A stretch of DNA of 20,000 bases from IMG/VR virus record IMGVR_UViG_2922252024_000010; one strand, given 5' to 3'. The notes under the pieces were generated by a model that saw only the letters and a program-made list of their open reading frames with translations, was not told the origin of the DNA and searched no databases. Below, in pieces: positions 9,566 through 16,161 of this stretch (its first letter is position 1; every line of letters begins with the position of its first letter). A program made the translations under genes and the position numbers. The stretch comes from an uncultured virus (IMG/VR IMGVR_UViG_2922252024_000010). Its lineage: Duplodnaviria > Heunggongvirae > Uroviricota > Caudoviricetes.

Positions 9566-10524
9566 TGTATCACGTAGATAATTCGACCGGTGTTCCGGTT
9601 ATGCCACTACCGTCTCCTATCACCAGTGAGACAGAGCTTTTCTTTACTGAAGGTGGTAATGGAGTTCCTCCGACATATCCCGGCCCGGACTGGTTTAATG
9701 CCATTCAAAGTGAGCTGCTTAATATTATCAGGGCCGCTGGGCTTGATCCGGACAAAATGGACAACACGCAGATTCTCGCCGCTCTCAAGAAACTGTTTCT
9801 GAGCCGCTCCAATCCATTTGGCGACATTAAAACAGATGGTGCGGCGGCAATAGCTACGGCTCTATCAAACCTTGGATTAACAAACCCCAATGGCCGAGTG
9901 GGACGTATGCTAGCCGCGCCGAAGATTTTCACGTCGTCAGGAATATACACGCCAACACCAGGCACAAAATCAATTTTTGTTGAGGTGCAGGGTGCAGGTG
10001 GCCCTGGGGGGAATGCAACAAACGGGACTGGCACAGCCGCATCATCAGGTTCAGGTGGTGGAGCCGGGGGTTATGCTTCATCCTGGCTTGACATTGTGCC
10101 TGCTTCTGCATCTGTAATTGTCGGGGCGGGAGGTTCAGGTGGCGGGGCCGGGGGGAATTCTTCTTTTAATGCCACGATAATGGCCACTGGTGGTAGTGCA
10201 GGGGTGAGTAATGCAGTCAACGGCGGGAATTCATACTCAGGCCATGCCAGGGGGGGCTTGGGTGGAACATCGTCTGGTGGAACAATAAATGGAAGTGGTG
10301 GTGCAGGGTTTCCCGCGCTAATCACTCAGGGTATTCCATCGGGTGGAAATGGTAGCGCATCGCACTTCAGCGGTAATACACTTTCAGCCGGAGCCGCAGG
10401 CGGTCAGGGGCTGGATGGATTACTTGGTTCAGGTGGATCAGGAGGGGCGCAGGCCATCGGTGGTGGCGGTTACGGCGGTGGGAAAGGTGGCGACGGCATC
10501 GTGATTGTATGGGAGTACGCATAA
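9565..10524 (+). CDS. Tail fibre: Mu/e14-type N-terminal attachment domain plus glycine-rich C-terminal domain
   Basis: FFTEG...GPDWFNAIQSELLN...LSRSNPFGDIK...ALSNLGL N-terminus, then FTSSGIYTPTPG...GAGGPGG...GGDGIVIVWEYA. Confidence 0.9.
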   Translation: MYHVDNSTGVPVMPLPSPITSETELFFTEGGNGVPPTYPGPDWFNAIQSELLNIIRAAGLDPDKMDNTQILAALKKLFLSRSNPFGDIKTDGAAAIATALSNLGLTNPNGRVGRMLAAPKIFTSSGIYTPTPGTKSIFVEVQGAGGPGGNATNGTGTAASSGSGGGAGGYASSWLDIVPASASVIVGAGGSGGGAGGNSSFNATIMATGGSAGVSNAVNGGNSYSGHARGGLGGTSSGGTINGSGGAGFPALITQGIPSGGNGSASHFSGNTLSAGAAGGQGLDGLLGSGGSGGAQAIGGGGYGGGKGGDGIVIVWEYA

Positions 10525-10922
10525 TGAATAATTACGCGATAGTTAAGAATAATATCGTTATCAATTTAATTGTCTGGGACGGAATTGCCGAGTTTTCACC
10601 AGATGTTGGCGAGGTGATCATTGCGCCGGATGGTGTAGTTATCGGCTGGGGTTATGAGAATGGAGAATTCATTGCACCACCCATTGTTCAGCACGCAATG
10701 ACAGTTGATGAAGCTGAGCAACAAAAGGTTTCCCTTACAAATGCTGCCCAGCAATCAATTTCTCTGCTGCAAACAAAACTGCTAATGGGGCGTACGCTGA
10801 CATCAGTGGAAAAGGGAAAAGTAAACGCAATACTGGATTATATTGATGAGTTGGAATCAGTTGACACATCGACAGCCCCAGATATTGAATGGCCTGCCCC
10901 CCCGGGAGATCAGGCCAGTTAA
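10524..10922 (+). CDS. Tail fibre assembly protein (Tfa family)
   Basis: C-terminal VDTSTAPDIEWPAPP signature; ATG at 10524 overlaps the fibre stop. Confidence 0.85.
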   Translation: MNNYAIVKNNIVINLIVWDGIAEFSPDVGEVIIAPDGVVIGWGYENGEFIAPPIVQHAMTVDEAEQQKVSLTNAAQQSISLLQTKLLMGRTLTSVEKGKVNAILDYIDELESVDTSTAPDIEWPAPPGDQAS

Positions 10923-10977
10923 CATCCGGCACAATGGCGGCATCGACTACCTTCACTACACCGGATGTACTTCATGC
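10888..10977 (-). pseudogene. Frameshifted 3' relic of a second, convergent tfa gene
   Basis: Minus strand reads MKYIR / VKVVDAAIVPDVNWPDLPGGQA, a Tfa C-terminal motif overlapping the end of the + strand tfa. Confidence 0.6.
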
Positions 10978-10997
10978 ATATCGAGTAACGTCATTAT

Positions 10998-11019
10998 TGA
11001 CTGTGCTGCAGCACAGTCA
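10998..11019. repeat. Perfect 22-bp palindrome TGACTGTGCTGCAGCACAGTCA
   Basis: Self reverse-complementary, read directly from sequence. Confidence 0.95.
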
Positions 11020-11040
11020 GATATGATTGGTCGTGTATAT

Positions 11041-11062
11041 GAAAAAGCGGGCTTGTGCCCGC
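11041..11062 (-). terminator. Intrinsic terminator downstream of the gpU-like gene
   Basis: Minus strand GCGGGC-ACAA-GCCCGC followed by TTTTT. Confidence 0.7.
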
Positions 11063-11081
11063 ATAATTTTCCAGCAATTTG

Positions 11082-11549
11082 CTAAAAAAGACCCGATAGC
11101 GTACTGCTGACAGAATTATAGGCAGTGGTCGCCTTATCCTTCAGCCCTGAAAGTAAATCACCCACAGACGACGCTTGCAGGCGTTCGCGTAAGTCTTCAT
11201 CGCAGCGCTGAAAGCTGATCGAAAATTCTATTTTTTTCGCCTTTCCGTAGCGGTCAAATTCCGTATGCGTGGCCTGTAGCCCGGTCAGCACGTACATCCC
11301 GTAAATCTGCCCCGCACCACTGATTAAAGGCCATGGACGCCCGGTGTATGCCTGCGTTGCCAGAACAGTTAGAGATACGTCGCCGCCCGTAATTTCAGGG
11401 TAAAGTACGCCATCCAGGTTGATCTGTGTCTCCCCCGCGCCGATGTACTGCCATTTTGCTGATCGGTTGATACGGTCATTTTTCACATGCCGCCAGTTCA
11501 GTGAGTGGCGCAACTGCTGGTAAGGCAGTGTCCTCAGTTCAAAAACGAA
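11082..11549 (-). pseudogene. P2 gpU family tail protein, 5'-truncated
   Basis: Frame reads FVFELRTLPYQQLRHSLNWRH...WQYIGAGE...GVLYPEITGG...YGMYV...KKIEFSISF; the usual MMMxxGM start is replaced by unrelated sequence at ~11550. Confidence 0.8.
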
Positions 11550-11626
11550 CCTTTGGGGGAATTCGTGGAAACGTCAACCAAACATTTTCGCAGAATCGTA
11601 GAAACGTCAACCACGCCTTTGGGGAA
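11550..11626. repeat. Short direct repeats upstream of the invertase (TCGTrGAAACGTCAACCA x2; CCTTTGGGG x2)
   Basis: Copies at 11563-11580 and 11596-11613; CCTTTGGGG at 11550 and 11616. Confidence 0.85.
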
Positions 11627-11681
11627 GAGATATATCTGCGTTCAAATGGCATTATTGCGGCCTTTTAAAGGGGCTAAAACG

Positions 11682-12236
11682 ATGCTTATTGGTTATGTAC
11701 GTGTGTCAACAAATGACCAGAACACTGCTTTACAGCGTAATGCGCTGGAATGTGCAGGATGTGAGCTGATTTTTGAAGACAAGATAAGCGGCAGAACCTC
11801 AGACAGACCCGGACTTAAACGGGTACTCAGAACGCTATCTGAAGGTGACACGCTCGTGGTCTGGAAACTTGATCGACTTGGGCGCAGCATGCGTCATCTG
11901 GTTGGGTTGGTGGAAGAACTACGCGAGCGCGGCATCAACTTTAAAAGCCTGACTGACAGCATAGATACTTCATCACCTATGGGGCGCTTCTTCTTTCATG
12001 TGATGGGAGCATTGGCCGAGATGGAACGTGAACTGATTGTTGAACGTACCCGTGCAGGTCTGGCTGCTGCGCGAGCTGAGGGGCGCGTGGGAGGCCGAAG
12101 ACCTAAGTTAACACCTGAACAGTGGGCGCAGGCTGGAAGACTGTTAGCGGCTGGCGAAACTCGTCAGAGGGTGGCCCTAATTTATGATGTCGGAATCTCA
12201 ACCCTGTATAAACGATTCCCAGCATCTGACATATAA
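11682..12236 (+). CDS. pin: Serine DNA invertase, Pin/Gin/Hin family
   Basis: 184 aa: MLIGYVRVSTNDQN (catalytic Ser), LVVWKLDRLGRS, C-terminal HTH; closely resembles e14 Pin. Confidence 0.95.
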   Translation: MLIGYVRVSTNDQNTALQRNALECAGCELIFEDKISGRTSDRPGLKRVLRTLSEGDTLVVWKLDRLGRSMRHLVGLVEELRERGINFKSLTDSIDTSSPMGRFFFHVMGALAEMERELIVERTRAGLAAARAEGRVGGRRPKLTPEQWAQAGRLLAAGETRQRVALIYDVGISTLYKRFPASDI

Positions 12237-12242
12237 ATCACG

Positions 12243-12301
12243 ATCACAAACGCGATCCAATGTTAGTTGTCAATGTGTCGCGTTTTGATTGGCGCGCGGC
12301 A
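12243..12301 (-). mobile_element. Mu-like right end with transposase-binding-type sites
   Basis: Inward read TGCCGCGCGCCAATCAAAACGCGA aligns with Mu R1 (TGAAGCGGCGCACGAAAAACGCGA, recalled); inverted copy ATCACAAACGCGA at 12243-12255. Confidence 0.8.
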
Positions 12302-12597
12302 TCGGCGTTATCCAGATCATCGACATCTGCCAGCGGAACAAATACGCCCTGAGAATGGCGCGCAACGGCATCAGCGATATGGGTTGAACCACCAGCACGT
12401 TGTAAAACCATTGCCCAGCCCAGCGGGAAAATCTGGTCGCCGTCAACACGAAGGCGGTTAAATAATGCGTTCTCTGTCACACCCAACCATTCCGCGGCCT
12501 CGGCATACCCACCAGGCAGATCGGTAATCGTCTTTTTAATCGCGGCCACCAGCCAGGCAGGCTGACGTTCAACTTTCCAAATAGGTTCGTTACCCAC
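12302..12597 (-). pseudogene. ymfL: YmfL-family regulatory protein, interrupted after ~98 codons
   Basis: WKVERQPAW...LPGGYAEAAEWL...ALFNRLRVDGDQIFPLGWAM matches e14 YmfL; similarity stops at DNAD, exactly at the Mu-like end. Confidence 0.85.
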
Positions 12598-12625
12598 GGT
12601 TAACCCCTTAATTCTGTGGTTTTAA

Positions 12626-12823
12626 TCACGCAGCCGAGTGGCTACGCTTTTCATAAAGTGATTGGTCAACTTTCAATACACCTTTGGTCAGCGCTTGGAT
12701 CTCAAAAGCTCGTCCCTTTGGAATAATTTCATCCCATCCCGACACGGACGCATGAGAGATATTCAAAGCCTTAGCGGTTTTCCCTACGCCACCGAAGTAA
12801 GAAATAACGTCATTCTTTTTCAT
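12626..12823 (-). CDS. cro: Cro-like HTH repressor
   Basis: 65 aa, DVISYFGGVGKTAKALNISHASVSGW...IPKGRAFEIQ; divergent from cI. Confidence 0.9.
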   Translation of the reverse strand: MKKNDVISYFGGVGKTAKALNISHASVSGWDEIIPKGRAFEIQALTKGVLKVDQSLYEKRSHSAA

Positions 12824-12857
12824 TTTTCCCTCTGGAGTTAAGTAATGCAGTGCACTG

Positions 12858-12922
12858 ATAGTAGGATATCTTACATTAAGTGGTCAAGCACTCCTACATC
12901 AGATAATGGTAGGATTACCTAC
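12858..12922. promoter_or_regulatory. OR operators and PR promoter
   Basis: GTAGG-N4-CCTAC-like sites at 12861-12874, 12884-12897 (degenerate) and 12909-12922; minus strand TTGACC (12887-12882)-N18-TACTAT (12863-12858). Confidence 0.8.
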
Positions 12923-13579
12923 ATGAAAATGAATGATCGAATCCGAAGCAGACGAAAAGAGCTAAAGATGACGCAATCCGTCCTGGCAAAGCTCGTCGGG
13001 GTTAATCGCGTCACTATCACCGGTTGGGAATCCGGTGACTACAAACCGGGTGGTGAAAACCTCCAGGCGCTTGCGGCTGCATTAGAAAAGACACCGCAGT
13101 GGTTACTGGATGGAAAGGATGATGGAAGTCAGCAGCCACCAACTATGGACCCGGAGCAAAGATTCGGAATTAGGTCAGTTCCCGTTCTCACATGGGTACA
13201 GGCCGGGGAATGGACGGCAAATTGCGTAGCGATCACAGAGCGGGACATCCATGACTGGGTCTATACTTCGGCTGCCGTTTCTGAAAGTGCATTTGCACTT
13301 ATTGTTCGCGGCGACTCGATGACCAACCCTACAGGTGCACCAAGTATTCCCGAAGGTTCTATTGTCGTTGTAGAACCTGATTTTGGTGATGCCAGTCAAG
13401 CTAATGGTAAAATTGTTATTGCACAGCTTATGGGCAGTGATGAAGCCACTATTAAAAAATTCGTCATCGATGGGCCGCTGAAATACCTAGTACCTCTTAA
13501 CCCCAATTACAGGACTTTAGAAGTCAATGGCAACTGCCGATTGGTAGGATTAGTAAGACAAGTAATAATGGATTTATAA
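12923..13579 (+). CDS. cI: CI-like repressor (HTH plus S24 autopeptidase)
   Basis: N-terminal HTH (MTQSVLAKLVGVNRVTITGWE), VQAG cleavage site, GDSM catalytic Ser, TIKK catalytic Lys. Confidence 0.93.
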   Translation: MKMNDRIRSRRKELKMTQSVLAKLVGVNRVTITGWESGDYKPGGENLQALAAALEKTPQWLLDGKDDGSQQPPTMDPEQRFGIRSVPVLTWVQAGEWTANCVAITERDIHDWVYTSAAVSESAFALIVRGDSMTNPTGAPSIPEGSIVVVEPDFGDASQANGKIVIAQLMGSDEATIKKFVIDGPLKYLVPLNPNYRTLEVNGNCRLVGLVRQVIMDL

Positions 13580-13580
13580 G

Positions 13581-13606
13581 AAAACCGGGAATACCCGGTT
13601 TTTTTT
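13581..13606 (+). terminator. Intrinsic terminator after cI
   Basis: AAAACCGGG-AATA-CCCGG followed by T8. Confidence 0.9.
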
Positions 13607-13615
13607 CGCCCCTAG

Positions 13616-13669
13616 ATGTAAGTTACCCAACATTTCCACTTGACCCCAAATAGTAAGTTATCCTACATT
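13616..13669 (+). promoter_or_regulatory. OL operators and PL promoter
   Basis: GTAAGTTACCCAAC (13618-13631) and GTAAGTTATCCTAC (13653-13666) match the OR consensus; TTGACC (13640-13645)-N18-TACATT (13664-13669). Confidence 0.8.
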
Positions 13670-13680
13670 AATCACATCAA

Positions 13681-13746
13681 CAGCGAACAGGCAGGACGCC
13701 CACGAAGTAGCCGCCGGTGGCGTATGAATAACCGGATGATTCGCTG
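13681..13746 (+). ncRNA. Structured PL leader RNA (three-way junction), function unknown
   Basis: CAGCGAA/TTCGCTG closing stem enclosing GGC/GCC and CCGGT/ACCGG hairpins. Confidence 0.5.
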
Positions 13747-13774
13747 AGCATGACTAAAAACTGAGGGTTACACG

Positions 13775-13987
13775 ATGAATGCAGCACAACGGCGCAAGGC
13801 TTATCGCAAGCACCCCAAGGCCGGGGAAGTGGTGGTTTTACGTGGGGTTCCTCGCACAGTTCTGGGACCGTGCATGTTCAATAGCTTTACCGGCGAAGAA
13901 CGCAGCAAGCCATCAGTGAACCGCGTCAGGGTACAAATGACTGGCGGTTCTACAGCTGCTCCACTGATACGCAATTTGACGTTTTAA
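13775..13987 (+). CDS. Small basic hypothetical protein, first gene of the PL operon
   Basis: 70 aa, GAGG RBS, Arg/Lys-rich N-terminus. Confidence 0.65.
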   Translation: MNAAQRRKAYRKHPKAGEVVVLRGVPRTVLGPCMFNSFTGEERSKPSVNRVRVQMTGGSTAAPLIRNLTF

Positions 13988-13995
13988 CAGCAGAC

Positions 13996-14380
13996 AGGTG
14001 TCTTCGGGAGGGGTAACAGAGGCGCGGCCTGATTAACCGCAACTCATAGTCAAATTCCTATAGCTGGTGGCGATACCCAAGCCAGGAATACCAAAACCAG
14101 CAGGAGTGTTAGGGAACAGGGTCAATCACCCCCTTAGCACCCCGCCCAAAGATACCTACCACCGCGCCTGATGTGGTTAAAAGCAGGCCAAAGCAATAAC
14201 AATTAACTCCCTGTTCTGGCGGCCCGGTGTTTTCCCGTTTGTCCGGTCACCGCCAGCCTTTTTCAGGGCACAACAGAAAAGGGCATCACCGGGCGACGGG
14301 CTCATAACCCAATCCACCCGGGCAAAAAGAAAGCGGTCTCTGCAAGCCGCCGACCAATGCAGGTGCCCTTCTCTGTTGTG
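13996..14380 (+). ncRNA. Highly structured non-coding region (several RNA domains)
   Basis: Two 19-bp long-range stems, further nested hairpins and no convincing ORF. Confidence 0.5.
14216..14263 (+). terminator. Terminator-like hairpin
   Basis: CTGGCGG..CCGG / CCGG..CCGCCAG followed by CCTTTTT. Confidence 0.45.
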
Positions 14381-14432
14381 TATGGAGAAACTAACTTTTT
14401 AGCGCCGGTGCAGAGGCGTTGAGGAACCGAGA

Positions 14433-15350
14433 ATGAACAATCCGTTTTTCAAAAATATGTTGGTGTATCGCATTAGTCGCGAGTTCACCATCAACCAGGA
14501 AGAGCTGGAACAGCAGCTTGAACTATTTCGCTTCACTCCATGCGGTAGCCAGGATATGGCAAAAACCGGTTGGGTATCACCACTTGGTCAGCTGTCAGAT
14601 CGCTTGCATCACACTGTCAATAATCAAGTGTTGTTGGTTATTCGCCGGGAAGAAAAAATACTGCCATCTCCTGTCATTGCTGAAGAACTGCGCAAGCGTG
14701 TGTCGCATCTGGAATCCGATCAGGGGCGTCGCCTCAAAAAAACTGAGAAAGATTCGCTGCGTGATGAAGTGTTGCACTCCCTGCTTCCTCGGGCGTTCTC
14801 CAAAAACTCGACTGTTAGTTTGTGGATCAACGTCACCGACGGTCTGATCATGGTTGATGCAGCCAGCGCTAAACGTGCCGAAGACTCACTGGCCCTGCTT
14901 CGTAAAACTCTCGGTTCTCTCCCGGTGGTACCGCTGACTATGGAAACGCCGATCGAACTAACTATGACCGACTGGGTTCGTTCCGGTAGTGCGCCTGCTG
15001 GCTTTGGCCTGGGTGATGAAGCCGAACTGAAAGCTATTCTTGAAGATGGCGGTATTGGACGCTTTAAAAAACAGACTCTGGTCAGTGACGAAATTCATGT
15101 GCATCTGGAAGCTGGCAAAGTAGTTACAAAGCTGTCTATCGACTGGCAACAGCGCATTCAGTTCGTTCTTTGCGATGACGGCAGCATCAAGCGCCTTAAG
15201 TTCTCTGATGAGCTGACAGAACAAAACGACGATATCGACCGTGAGGATGCGGCTCAGCAGTTCGACGCTGACTTTGTTCTGATGACCGGCGAGCTTATCT
15301 CTCTCATTAACGGATTAACAACCTCTCTCGGCGGCGAAGCCAAGCGATAA
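14433..15350 (+). CDS. rdgC: Recombination-associated protein RdgC (phage copy)
   Basis: [47 protein letters not shown] and [12 protein letters not shown] motifs. Confidence 0.95.
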   Translation: MNNPFFKNMLVYRISREFTINQEELEQQLELFRFTPCGSQDMAKTGWVSPLGQLSDRLHHTVNNQVLLVIRREEKILPSPVIAEELRKRVSHLESDQGRRLKKTEKDSLRDEVLHSLLPRAFSKNSTVSLWINVTDGLIMVDAASAKRAEDSLALLRKTLGSLPVVPLTMETPIELTMTDWVRSGSAPAGFGLGDEAELKAILEDGGIGRFKKQTLVSDEIHVHLEAGKVVTKLSIDWQQRIQFVLCDDGSIKRLKFSDELTEQNDDIDREDAAQQFDADFVLMTGELISLINGLTTSLGGEAKR

Positions 15351-15457
15351 ACACCAGGCAACAATTACCCCATAAGCATGGGTTGGGTTGCTGCACGCTA
15401 AATTCAGCAATTCATTAATTTAATGGCGCGGTGCAGCGCGCCAATATGGAGAAAACC

Positions 15458-15997
15458 ATGAGCTACATTCAGACATTATCCGGTAAACACTTTAATTACC
15501 TCGATATCCAACAGGACGATATCGTGATCGAGGATATTGCTACCGCTTTGTCTCATATCTGCCGTTTTGCAGGGCATCTTCCTGAGTTTTATAGCGTCGG
15601 CCAGCATAGCGTTTTAACCAGCCACCTCGTTCCGCAGGAGTTTGCATTAGAAGCACTGCTTCATGATGCTGCTGAAGCCTACCTGCAGGACATCCCCTCC
15701 CCGCTTAAGCACCTGCTTCCGGATTACCAGGTGATCGAAGCTCGCGTGGATGCAGCCATTCGGCAGAAGTTCGGTCTACCGACTGAGCAACACCCAACCG
15801 TGAAATATGCCGATCTGGTGATGCTTGCCAGCGAACGCCGCGATTTTGAGATTGACGAAGGTTCCGTGTGGCCTTGCCTCGAGGGAGTTGTCCCAACGGA
15901 TCTATTCATCATCAACCCAGTTCGTCCAGGCCAGTCATATGGCATGTTCATTAATCGCTTCAACGAATTGATGGAGCAGCGCCAATGCGCCGCATGA
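15458..15997 (+). CDS. yfdR: HD-family 5'-deoxynucleotidase, YfdR/YfbR-like
   Basis: LSHICRFAGH...FYSVGQHS...ALLHDAAEAY..DIPSPLK...VKYADL; GGAG RBS before ATG 15458. Confidence 0.9.
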   Translation: MSYIQTLSGKHFNYLDIQQDDIVIEDIATALSHICRFAGHLPEFYSVGQHSVLTSHLVPQEFALEALLHDAAEAYLQDIPSPLKHLLPDYQVIEARVDAAIRQKFGLPTEQHPTVKYADLVMLASERRDFEIDEGSVWPCLEGVVPTDLFIINPVRPGQSYGMFINRFNELMEQRQCAA

Positions 15998-16161
15998 AGG
16001 TAAAAGAACTCGTAGCGGAGGCTTTTGCCTCCGTTGCTGAGTTGCCACCAAAGCATGCACTGCTTATGCGCGAAGTCGCCACCAGACTGGAAGCTACGTT
16101 CGCAGCATTAAAAGAGTCTCTGGTGCAACTGGAACAGGAACGTAAAGGTAAAACGCCATGA
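15985..16161 (+). CDS. Small hypothetical phage protein (58 aa, absent from the ORF track)
   Basis: MRRMKVKELVAEAFASVAELPPKHALLMREVATRLEATF...KTP*; overlaps both neighbours as expected for translational coupling. Confidence 0.7.
   Translation: MRRMKVKELVAEAFASVAELPPKHALLMREVATRLEATFAALKESLVQLEQERKGKTP

Larger units (their letters stand above)
1..12301 (+). mobile_element. Right arm of a Mu-like transposable prophage (continues left of the window)
   Basis: Mu-type gene order (gp37/38-sheath-tube-gp41-TMP-gp43-44-45-46-47-48-fibre-tfa-invertase), Mu-type GGGGGCGA frameshift site, Mu R-end-like terminus ending CA at 12301. Confidence 0.85.

Noticed and set aside
11001..11016. CTGT-N8-ACAG resembling a LexA box
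   Set aside because: The spacer is GC-rich rather than AT-alternating and there is no adjacent promoter or gene start; kept only as a palindrome
11550..11626. CRISPR-like mini-array
   Set aside because: Only two short copies with a 15-bp gap and no cas genes
11505..11681. 59-aa N-terminal extension of the invertase in the ORF track
   Set aside because: Family homology starts at MLIGY (11682); the extension crosses the gpU relic and repeats
12244..12301. C-terminal tail AARQSKRDTLTTNIGSRL of the 117-aa ORF
   Set aside because: Read-through into the Mu-like end, not native YmfL sequence
12845..12922. N-terminal extension of cI
   Set aside because: It overlaps operators and PR; the HTH starts after 12923
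13681..13746. Hammerhead ribozyme
   Set aside because: The CUGANGA and GAAA core elements are not present in the required arrangement
14280..14360. tRNA-Met gene
   Set aside because: Only the anticodon arm matches; no GTTCRA T loop, D arm or CCA end
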